Part shown: positions 1-8,831 of the stretch, piece after piece
Position numbering within the stretch: position 1 is the first letter of the stretch
How the letters are laid out: every line of letters begins with the position of its first letter
Assembly (NCBI GenBank): GCA_963663765.2
Contig: CAXXUA010000005.1
Location: 192,001-256,000 of the forward strand
Direction: 5' to 3'
DNA length: 64,000 bases
From: Candidatus Poribacteria bacterium
GTDB lineage: Bacteria > Poribacteria > WGA-4E > WGA-3G
Translations under genes and position numbers: made by a program
Notes under the pieces: generated by a model
Told to the model about the DNA's origin: nothing
Database searches by the model: none
Seen by the model: only the letters and a program-made list of their open reading frames with translations

Positions 1-110
1 ATTTTCCAAAGTAATAGTAGTATACCGATGAGTAGTATGATGTACCAGACTATCATTGGTTTTATATGCTTTTTCTTGAGGAAGGAACGTGTCGGTTTGT
101 TTTGGTTCAT
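1..110 (-). CDS. 5' end of a membrane-anchored protein running off the window edge (MNQNKPTRSFLKKKHIKPMIVWYIILLIGILLLLWK...)
   Basis: Manual translation: ATG at 110, AGGAG ribosome-binding site just upstream, basic N-terminus followed by a hydrophobic helix; open to base 1. Confidence 0.7.
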   Translation of the reverse strand, partial: MNQNKPTRSFLKKKHIKPMIVWYIILLIGILLLLWK

Positions 111-152
111 TTGAATGCTCCTGTGAATTATGACTGCGTTTTTGCTTTGATA

Positions 153-181
153 ATGGTAACATTTTTTTGATTTTGTGTCAA
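153..181 (-). promoter_or_regulatory. sigma70-type promoter for the edge gene
   Basis: Minus strand TTGACA-17 bp-TACCAT with TG extended -10. Confidence 0.6.
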
Positions 182-193
182 TTTGATTTGTTT

Positions 194-585
194 TTGAATC
201 TCGGATTACGCGAATAAGACATTTGCATTAGGATTTTTGCTTGTTTTTTTGTCTGAACCAGGATTTACAGATTTTCAGGATAAGACCTCTTCATTAGGTT
301 TTTTGCTTGTTTTTTTGTGTGTTTTTTGTTTTGTCTGAACCAGGATTTACAGGATTTACAGATTTTCAGGATAAGACATTTGCAATAGGTTTTATTGTCT
401 GAACCAGGATTTACAAATCAACGGTATGAATGCCTTATGGCATTCCCCGGGATTTACAGATTTTCAGGATAAGACATTTGCAATAGGTTTTTTGGCATAG
501 AATAAGCATTTTATAAGAAAGAGATTCTATTGCAGGTATCTTCTCCACGTAATCCATGAAATCTGTGTAATCGGTGAATCTGATG
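194..585. repeat. Cluster of TTGTCTGAACCAGGATTTACAGATTTTCAGGATAAGAC-family dispersed repeats
   Basis: Near-identical units at about 249, 331 and 395; further copies at about 2937, 3060, 23601, 23720 (inverted), 38386, 40200 and 60375 (inverted). Confidence 0.9.
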
Positions 586-611
586 CATGGTTTGTTTTTG
601 ATTTAATTTTT

Positions 612-2771
612 TCATGATTTCTTTTGGGGGACGCCGCCGATGTGCTTTTCAGGGTCCCATTTTTCTTTTGGAATGCCCATTGCCCAGAATAGGTGTTTGC
701 CGGTGCCGACAGTGCTGTTTTCTTTCTGACTTAGCAGCAGATAGGCTGTGCTGTCTATGCCGTGATGGTCGCCTTTTATTGCCTCGTCGTCTTTGCCGGT
801 ACCCGTGAGTTTTTCTTCGTAGGTGCAGGTTAGGAACTCATCGGTGACGTCAAGAGGACGATATTCGTTTCTGAGGTCTTCGTCGGGGTCGTAGACAAAT
901 CTTTCACGGAAGAAAGAGATTACGGGTTTGCCTGTTGAGTCTACCCTTAGACGTTGTTTGATGATGTCGATTTGCGCGATACGCGATTTTTTGGGTTCCT
1001 GTATTCTGAATCCTGCTTTGCGAAGCTGCGCGATTTCGTCTTGGTCGGCATTGTCTACGGAGACATATCTGAAAGTTTCGTCATCCTTGCAGTTTGCTTT
1101 GATAAGTTCTATAGAATTCGGGGACTGTGAGTTTTGTTTTGTATATTTCTTTGTATGAATAGAGGCGTTTGGCTTTGTCGCGTGCCCACCAGATGCAACT
1201 TGCTGGATTTCGGAAACCCCAGTCTATACTCAGGTAGCGTACCCATTTTTTTGGGATTTTGAAGTTGTCAATGATGTGGATGTCTGGTGAGAATTTCTCA
1301 AATACGAGTCCTTCTGCTGATACCCACACGCCTTCGTAGCCACGTTTGTATCGCATGCCTTCAAGGTTTCTCAGTTTTTCCACACGTCTGTGAGTTCTCC
1401 AGTTTCTTGGTCGTAGATTTCGGGGTTGTCCCTGTATGTTATCTCAAAGTATTCAATTTTTCCTGCTTTGGTCTGTTGGCGATTCCAGTGGTTCGGTGTA
1501 CTTGGGTTGCAGTCGCCGAGTAGGAATGCAATTGGGAGGACTCCTGTCCGTTCGGAAACTCTGGCGGTGAGTTCGTCCCATCTGTCAAAGGTTAGGAGTT
1601 CCGCTTGGTTGACGAAAGCTGCGTCGAAGAAGTCGCTGAGAAGGTTATTGGTTTTGTCAAGACCGTTCATGTAAATTCTGCTTCCGTTCCAGTATTCGTA
1701 AAATGAGGGTTGTTCGCCACCGTATTTTGCGATGGGTGTTGGGTTCGGAACGTCTATCCTTTTGGGTTTGAAGCCGAGATATTTTTCGTAGGTTGGGATG
1801 ATATTGTGAAATATTCTGTTATGGTATCTGTGGATGAAGGTGAGTCGTGCGCCGGGGTAGTTTCTTGCGAGGTGGTCTATGTATGCGACGCAGCTAAAGG
1901 TTTTGCCTGCGTCATAGGTGCCGCCGACTATTTTGACGGGTGCGTGTGAGTTGAAGACATCCTGCATTTGTCCGTAAGGTTTGAAGCCTTTCGGGTGGTA
2001 TTGGATGATGGGTTTGGGTTGCTTGAGGATTGTTGGTTGATCGGTGATTATTCTTATGTTTTGATCAATGGTATTGTTTTCTGTATCGGGGTTGGAAACC
2101 CCTCTCACCAGAGGTTCGGGGAGGTTCTGTTCGTATTCCTGTATGTCGTGGTGCAGGTGTATAAGTATTGGTGGGTTTTCGGTTTCGGTTGCGTTTTCAT
2201 GTTCTAAGGCGAGTTCTTCCTTTTGATATGCCTTTCGTGTGATGGTTGCTTTGGTGTCGTAGCCGCGTGTTTCTATGTTTTCGCGCCTTGTGTGAATGTC
2301 ATAAGAGCGAATCTCTCTGTCAAAATCGTCGATGTAAAAGAATAATTCCTCAATGTTATTTTTTGGATCGAAGTTTTCTTTAATCGCTAATATGCTTTCA
2401 TTGGTGTCTTCTAACTCTTCAAAATGATGTTGTTCTACCGTAGCATAGATATCGTATTCTCCAGGTTCTGGTCAGTCTTTGTTTTTGTCTGCACGCATTT
2501 GCGTTATGATCGTGGCTGCTTGTTTCTTGTTCAGAGATTGTTTGTAGCTTACATAGGCGTTGGTGTCAAAGCCGCGCGTTTCTATGTTTTTTCTTTTTTT
2601 CATGATGTCATAGGTGCGCGACAATCTATGTTTTCGTTGTTTTGCCTTTTTTAGGAGTTTCAGGTCATCTGGGGTTTTTTTCCCTTTTTTGAAGTGTCTG
2701 ATTACATCATGGATTATGTTCCAAAGTAATCTATAGACTTCAAATTGGCGTTGGAAGGTTTGTTGTTGCAT
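612..2771 (-). pseudogene. Disrupted phage terminase large subunit (PBSX/Terminase_6-like) with a long N-terminal extension
   Basis: ORF 2771-2472 reads in frame through one TGA into ORF 2108-1371 (Walker A GTYDAGKT, Walker B-like AAFVNQAE, coupling motif DCNPS). A frameshift near 1383 leads to the nuclease part (SIDWGFRNP). A 1-nt insertion near 1111 leads to a frame ending ...GDHHGIDSTAYL...QKKS* at 612. Confidence 0.85.
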
Positions 2772-3188
2772 GTTTTTGTCCTCAAAGGTTTGTTAGGAAT
2801 GAAGCACAAACTAACAGTTTGTGCTTCAAAGATCAGTAATGATGTTATTATTATAATTGGTGGTGGGATATGGATGGGAGGTTATGTGGGGATGAGGACA
2901 AGGGATTTACAATAGATATACATTGGATTTGGAGGATTGTCTGAACCAAGATTTGCAGATTTTCAGGATAAGACATCTGCATCTGATTTTATAGCATAGA
3001 ATAAGCATTTTATAAGTAAGACGATTATTGGTGCAATCTTTTCCGTGTCATCTGTGATTTTGTCTGAACCAGGATGGACAAATCAACGGTATGAATGCCT
3101 TATGGCATTCCCCGGGATTTTGAGATTTTCAGGATTTACCCCATCAAGGTTTTTGAATTGTGCATTTCGCGTCATCCATGATTCAGAA

Positions 3189-3312
3189 ATCGGGGTTGGA
3201 AACCCCTCCCACAAGAGGTCAATATCCTTAGATTGACGCCTATGGTGCGGTTTCCTAACCGTACCATTTACCGGGTATTAGGTATGGTATGGTTAGGAAA
3301 TCGCACCTACCG
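3189..3312. repeat. Composite REP-like element (TCGGGGTTGGAAACCCCTCCCAC plus GGTGCGGTTTCCTAACCG inverted pair)
   Basis: The same units recur in the 33816-34127 element and at about 17750. Confidence 0.8.
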
Positions 3313-3377
3313 CAATGTAATAGTAATTTTTGTGATTTCATAAGAGAAAAGAGGGTTGCTACAAGATGACAATTAGT

Positions 3378-3406
3378 TTGACATGTGAGGACTGATGTGT
3401 TAGTAT
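3378..3406 (+). promoter_or_regulatory. sigma70-type promoter of lnt
   Basis: TTGACA-17 bp-TAGTAT, 25 nt upstream of the start codon. Confidence 0.65.
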
Positions 3407-3430
3407 ATTTTTATCAATTACATCTGTCCA

Positions 3431-4999
3431 GTGGAAGACATTTTGAATCACATAAAACGCTACAGATATTTGCTTGCAGTATGTTCTGGTGTATTATTGT
3501 TTTGCAGTTTTCCCAGTATTAATTTCTTTCCACTCACATGGGTGAGTTTAGTTCCGTTGTTGTTTGTGCTTGCGTGTGCTGATGATTGGAAGGCAGCGTT
3601 TCGTATCGGTTATGTGTCAGGATTGGTATTTTTCGCTGGTTTGTTAATTGCAATTGCGCTTCTTTATCCTTATGCGAACATCTGGACGACTGCGCTTGGA
3701 TACTTGCTATTAGTTGGTTATACTGCCCTCTATATTGCGTTATTTGCATTGTTTGTGTATCGGTTGCCGTGGCAATCTGGGATATTATATCCGTTATCGG
3801 TTGCTTTGATTTGGGTAAGTTTAGAATGGGTGCGCGGTTGGTTGCTTACTGGTTTTCCGTGGGGTTTCATTGGGTATTCACAGTGGAACTATCTACCTGG
3901 GATTCAGATTGCATCACTCACTGGTGTGTATGGTGTGAGTTTTGTGATAGTGTTTTTTAATGCTGGGATTGTAACGTTAATTCGTAATAGACGTGCGTGG
4001 CGTAAGGAGGTTGTTGCATTTGCTGTACCGTGCGTCCTAACTATTGCAACGTTTGTGTATGGATATGTTGTGATTGGTAAGGGACAAGAGGTATCAGGAG
4101 ATAGTGTAAAGGTTGCGCTTGTGCCGGGTAATATTTCTCAACTTGAGAAATGGGAGCTTGATAGTTTTCAGAAGATCTTCTTTAAGTATCTGAATCTGAC
4201 GGAGCAAGTTGCAGCGGAAGGTCCGGACATTATTGTTTGGCCTGAAACGACAGTAAGAGGGCAGATATTGTCTGGTGAATGGGAAAATTATCACATGTAT
4301 TTTGAGCGGACTCATAGGAAAATTAGTAGAATTCCGATGTTGATTGGTGCGACAGATCCTGATACGATGGGAGATGTATATAATCGTGTGATTTCAGTAT
4401 CTTCGGAAGGTGAGATTCTTGGTAAGTATGCTAAGATGAAGTTGGTTCCGTTTGGCGAATATGTGCCGTTAGGAGATTTTCTTCCGAATTTTATTCAATT
4501 TCAACCTTATACACATGGTAAAACGGTTGATGTTTTGCCAATTTCAGAAGTCAAAGAATCTACGTTAGAAGTAGGCACATCAATTTGTTTTGAGTCAGCG
4601 TTTCCGGATCATTTTCGTCAGTTCGTTAGAAAAGGAGCAGATATGATGGGTATTCTTACGAACGATGCGTGGTTTTCTGGTACTGCGTTTCCTGAACTGC
4701 ATTTAGCGATGGCTTCGTTTCGTGCTGTGGAGAATCGGATTTCAGTGTTTAGGTGTGCGAATGGTGGGTATTCTTGTGTGGTTGATCGTTTCGGTCATAT
4801 CTATACGCCGTTTGTAGCGCCTGGGACGTCTGAAGAATACTTGGTTGCGGATATTGCATTGAAAGATGGAAACAACACAATATATACTCGTTTTGGTGAT
4901 TGGTTGCCGATACTTTGTTTTGTAATTTGTATATTTTGGATTGCTTATCGGTTAATTAACAATTATTATGTCATCAAATTTACTGACCTTAACAACTAA
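3431..4999 (+). CDS. lnt: Apolipoprotein N-acyltransferase
   Basis: Multi-TM N-terminus, GFPW motif, nitrilase-fold triad motifs WPET, KMKLVPFGEY and ICFES, plus TNDAWF and RAVEN. Confidence 0.95.
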   Translation: MEDILNHIKRYRYLLAVCSGVLLFCSFPSINFFPLTWVSLVPLLFVLACADDWKAAFRIGYVSGLVFFAGLLIAIALLYPYANIWTTALGYLLLVGYTALYIALFALFVYRLPWQSGILYPLSVALIWVSLEWVRGWLLTGFPWGFIGYSQWNYLPGIQIASLTGVYGVSFVIVFFNAGIVTLIRNRRAWRKEVVAFAVPCVLTIATFVYGYVVIGKGQEVSGDSVKVALVPGNISQLEKWELDSFQKIFFKYLNLTEQVAAEGPDIIVWPETTVRGQILSGEWENYHMYFERTHRKISRIPMLIGATDPDTMGDVYNRVISVSSEGEILGKYAKMKLVPFGEYVPLGDFLPNFIQFQPYTHGKTVDVLPISEVKESTLEVGTSICFESAFPDHFRQFVRKGADMMGILTNDAWFSGTAFPELHLAMASFRAVENRISVFRCANGGYSCVVDRFGHIYTPFVAPGTSEEYLVADIALKDGNNTIYTRFGDWLPILCFVICIFWIAYRLINNYYVIKFTDLNN

Positions 5000-5004
5000 T
5001 AGGA

Positions 5005-5126
5005 CAGGACTTATGTATTTTTCATGATTTCATCAAGAATTATGACGAAAATGATGTAAGTATCAGCATTTTTTAGGTTTCCAGCGTGCTTACAAAGCTC
5101 GCATACCGTTCGGTACGTAAGTCCTG
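5005..5126. mobile_element. MITE with CAGGACTTACGCA-type terminal inverted repeats (family A)
   Basis: Ends CAGGACTTATGTA...TACGTAAGTCCTG; interior shared with copies at 9963, 11715, 23899 and 24281; imperfect 6-bp flank duplication ATAGGA/AGAGGA. Confidence 0.85.
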
Positions 5127-5137
5127 AGAGGAGATAA

Positions 5138-6245
5138 ATGTTAACAGATTTAAAGCCTGCAGTTGATTTAGTTACTACGAGGCTTCATGAGCTTCGGGGG
5201 TATCTTTGACCTTCCGACGAAACAGCAAGAGTTAGAGGAACTTGAAAAAGAGACGATGTCTACAGGTTTTTGGGGTAACTCTCAACGAGTCCAAACTGTG
5301 CATCAACGTATTTCAATTCTTAAAGAGGAAATAGGAGAATATGACAAGTTAAGTAGTGCGATTGATGATTTACAGACATTACTTGAGCTTGGCATAGAAG
5401 AAGATGAGGAGAGCATAGAATCAGAGATTCAGAATGGGTTATCCATTGTTAATAAGAAGTTTGAGAAGCTTGAACTCCAAATCATGTTGGATGGTGAGTT
5501 TGATGAGAACGATGCGATTCTGAGCATTCATCCGGGTGCGGGAGGTGTTGATGCGCAGGATTGGGCAGGCATGTTGATGCGTATGTATCTGCGTTGGTGT
5601 GATCAGCGTGGTTATGCGACTGATGTTGTTGATCTGACTGCAGGTGATGAGGCAGGTATCAAGGGTGCGACATTTTTGGTGAAAGGCACTTTTGCGTATG
5701 GTTACCTGAAAGCAGAATCCGGAGTGCATCGGCTTGTCAGACTTTCTCCTTACGATTATAACAAACGGAGGCATACATCTTTTGCAGCATTGAAAGTTAC
5801 GCCTGAGATTGACGATAGTGTTGAAGTAGAGATCAATGCTGAAGATCTTCGGATTGATTGCTATCGTGCGAGTGGTGCTGGTGGTCAACATGTGAATGTG
5901 ACGGATTCGGCGGTACGTATTACACATTTGCCGACTAACATCATGGTGCAATGCCAGAATGAACGTTCACAGCACAGAAATCGTGAAACTGCTATGAAGG
6001 TGTTACGTTCGCGTTTGTATAATCATTTTAGGGCGCAACAAGAGGCAGAACTTGCTAAACTTCAACCGGAGAGAAGGGATATAGATTTCGGCAGCCAAAT
6101 CCGTTCTTATGTGTTACATCCGTATCAACGTGTGAAAGACACCAGAACAAATGTTGAAACTGGTAATGTTGATGCTGTCTTGAACGGTGAAATTCATGTG
6201 TTTATTGAGAGTTTTTTGAAAATGAAACCTACAGAAACGAAATGA
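5138..6245 (+). CDS. prfB: Peptide chain release factor 2 with programmed +1 frameshift
   Basis: ATG at 5138 after GAGGAG; codon 23 CTT followed by TGAC at 5204-5210, preceded by SD-like CGGGGG; GGQ motif and SPY recognition loop (SPF in E. coli). Confidence 0.97.
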
Positions 6246-6390
6246 TTACCTACTATTGGAGGGACGTATGTAGTGTTTCATCAGTTGGTAAGAAGGTCGT
6301 TATTTGGGGAGATTTGAAAAGGAGATAATGTGATACTGGTGAATTCAAGGATGCAGAATCAGTGCTAACAGCGTTTTTAAAGTATTGAAG

Positions 6391-6419
6391 TTGCATTGAA
6401 GGTAAAATGTAGTTATAAT
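6391..6419 (+). promoter_or_regulatory. sigma70-type promoter of the Uma2 gene
   Basis: TTGCAT-17 bp-TATAAT. Confidence 0.6.
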
Positions 6420-6477
6420 TATAGTGGTTTTTTGGTAGATTTGAAACGGATATAACTTGAGCCTGGGGGATTCAACG

Positions 6478-7296
6478 ATGCGGAAAAAGATACTGTCTGC
6501 GCCGACAATATTCTATCCGGAATCAGACGGTCAACCGATGGCAGAAACAGATACACACAGAAAACAGATGAATGATACGATCTTGACTCTTGAAAAGCAT
6601 TTTGAGGGTCAACCGGATGTATATATATCAGGTAACCTTCTTGTGTATTATGTTGAAGGAGATCCTCGGAAGAGTATTTCTCCGGATGTTTTTGTTGTGT
6701 TTGGAGTTGAAAAGAAGGCACGAAATACCTACTTGGTTTGGGAGGAGGCAAACACGCCTGATTTTGTGTTAGAGGTTGCGAGTCCGAGTACGATTTCTAA
6801 AGATTTGGGAGATAAGAAGAAGTTATATGCGTCAGTTTTCGGTGTGAAGGAGTATTTCATTTTTGATCCGTTAGGAGAGATAGTTTCAAGTTTTGTTGGT
6901 TTTCGTTTGGTTGATGGTGAATACCGAGAGATAGAATTTGTTGATGGTCGATTACCATCAAGCGTGTTGGGTTTAGAGTTGGGTGAGGTAGATGGTGAGT
7001 TGCGTATGTATGACACGATCAAGTCAGAGTGGTTGTCTACTCCGACTGAACGTGCTGATATTGCTGAGGAACGTGCGGAACGGGAAGCAATCGCGCGAAA
7101 ACATGCTGAGGAACGTGCGGAAAAGGATGCAGTCGCGCGAAAAAGTGCTGAGGAGCGTGCGGAAAAGGATGCAGTCGCGCGAAAACATGCTGAGGAGCGT
7201 GCAGAACAGCAGAGCATAGCGCGACAAGGTTTAGAATCTGATCTTGAAGAAGCTTTAGCAGAAATTGAAAGGTTACGCGGCATAACAAAAGGTTAA
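6478..7296 (+). CDS. Uma2 (DUF820) family PD-(D/E)XK nuclease-like protein with C-terminal coiled-coil repeats
   Basis: YPESDGQPMAE, SPDVFVVFGV, PDFVLEVASPST and GVKEYFIFDP motifs. Confidence 0.9.
   Translation: MRKKILSAPTIFYPESDGQPMAETDTHRKQMNDTILTLEKHFEGQPDVYISGNLLVYYVEGDPRKSISPDVFVVFGVEKKARNTYLVWEEANTPDFVLEVASPSTISKDLGDKKKLYASVFGVKEYFIFDPLGEIVSSFVGFRLVDGEYREIEFVDGRLPSSVLGLELGEVDGELRMYDTIKSEWLSTPTERADIAEERAEREAIARKHAEERAEKDAVARKSAEERAEKDAVARKHAEERAEQQSIARQGLESDLEEALAEIERLRGITKG
7063..7224 (+). repeat. 42-bp in-frame tandem repeat (AEERAEKDAVARKH, about 4 copies)
   Basis: Visible in both DNA and protein. Confidence 0.9.
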
Positions 7297-7357
7297 TTTA
7301 GGTTAACAGAACAATTGTGCATTTATTGATTGTAATAAGAAGGAGGAGGGTAGATGA

Positions 7358-8830
7358 ATGGATGAGTCAAATGAGTTGATGCGCCAACGTAAAGAGAAAT
7401 TAAGTGAAATCCGCAAAGCAGGTATAGACCCTTACCCACATAAATTCACCCCAACCCATACGACAGTAGTCATTCGGAAAGATTTTGATGAAGTTGATGA
7501 TACTCCGGACGAAACGCATCGTGTCACGGTTGCGGGTAGAATCATGACGAAACGCGATCATGGTAAGAGTAGTTTTGCGAATCTTCAGGACAGCGAGGGA
7601 CAGATCCAGATTTATGTGCGGAGAGATGGTGTTGGTGCAGAGTCTTATTTGATCTATCGTCGTTTTGATGTAGGTGATATTATCGGTGTGAGTGGTGTTG
7701 TATTCCGTACGCGTACTGGTGAATTGACGATTTTGGTTGATGAAGTGGAGCTTTTGTCTAAGTCCATCCGTACGTTACCGGAAAAGTGGCATGGCTTACA
7801 AGATAAGCAGACTCGGTATAGGCAGCGTTATGCGGATCTCATCATGAATCCGGAAGTGAAGTCGGTATTCATTAAGCGGACACAGATTGTTCGTACGATC
7901 CGTGAGATGCTGGATGCGCAAAATTTTATTGAAGTAGAAACACCGGTGCTACAACCAATCTATGGTGGTGCGAGTGCGCGTCCGTTTATGACCTACCATA
8001 ACACGTTAGATCAGCAATTTTATCTTCGGATTGCGAATGAACTGTACCTAAAACGTTTGATTGTAGGTGGTTTTGATAGGGTTTACGAGTTTTCGCGTGA
8101 TTTTCGTAATGAAGGGATGGATCGCGATCACAACCCGGAATTCACGATGCTTGAACTCTATGTAGCTTATGCTGATTATCTTGAGATTATGGAGTTAACA
8201 GAAAATCTGATTGCAGCAACTGTTGAGAAGTTACACGGGTCGAAACAGATAAGTTATCAAGAGAAAGCGTTAGATTTTTCCCCACCGTGGCAGAGAATGA
8301 CGATGATAGAGTCAATTCAGCAGCATGCCGATATTGATCCTGAATTGCTTACTAAGCATGAGCTTTATACAACAGCAGTTGCTGCAGGCGTTGCGTTAGA
8401 GGGCGATGAATCGCGGGGTGAAATCATTGCAGAACTGTTTGATGTTTTTGTGGAGTCGAAACTGGATCAACCGACGATTATCTATGACTATCCGATTGAG
8501 GTATCTCCGTTTGCGAAAAAGAAGCCGGAGAATCCTGATTTTGTAGAACGTTTTGAATTTTTTATGTGTGGCATGGAAGTCGGTAATGCGTTTAGTGAAC
8601 TTAATGACCCGATTGATCAACGTCAGCGTTTTATGGAGCAAGCGAGTAAATTGGAACAGGGAGATGAGGAAGCATTTATGGTAGACGAAGATTACCTTCG
8701 TGCGTTGGAGTATGGTATGCCGCCGACGGGTGGTTTGGGAATAGGGATTGATAGGTTGACGATGTTATTGACAGATCAGTATTCTATCCGCGATGTGATT
8801 TTGTTTCCCCAGATGCGTCCTGAAAACTAA
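7358..8830 (+). CDS. lysS: Lysine--tRNA ligase (class II)
   Basis: OB-fold anticodon domain, FRNEGMDRDHNPEFTMLE and YGMPPTGGLGIGIDRL motifs. Confidence 0.98.
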   Translation: MDESNELMRQRKEKLSEIRKAGIDPYPHKFTPTHTTVVIRKDFDEVDDTPDETHRVTVAGRIMTKRDHGKSSFANLQDSEGQIQIYVRRDGVGAESYLIYRRFDVGDIIGVSGVVFRTRTGELTILVDEVELLSKSIRTLPEKWHGLQDKQTRYRQRYADLIMNPEVKSVFIKRTQIVRTIREMLDAQNFIEVETPVLQPIYGGASARPFMTYHNTLDQQFYLRIANELYLKRLIVGGFDRVYEFSRDFRNEGMDRDHNPEFTMLELYVAYADYLEIMELTENLIAATVEKLHGSKQISYQEKALDFSPPWQRMTMIESIQQHADIDPELLTKHELYTTAVAAGVALEGDESRGEIIAELFDVFVESKLDQPTIIYDYPIEVSPFAKKKPENPDFVERFEFFMCGMEVGNAFSELNDPIDQRQRFMEQASKLEQGDEEAFMVDEDYLRALEYGMPPTGGLGIGIDRLTMLLTDQYSIRDVILFPQMRPEN

Positions 8831-8831
8831 A

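Noticed and set aside
2472-2474. Recoded TGA (selenocysteine or alternative genetic code)
   Set aside because: Other genes use TGA as a normal stop and the same gene has two frameshifts, so simple decay is more likely.
612-3300. Intact prophage
   Set aside because: Only a disrupted terminase; no portal, capsid, tail or integrase genes.
5187-5210. ORF-track start for RF2 (MSFGGIF)
   Set aside because: Artefact of the programmed frameshift; the true start is 5138.
6246-6390. Small gene remnant after prfB
   Set aside because: Only short open frames with no recognisable motif.
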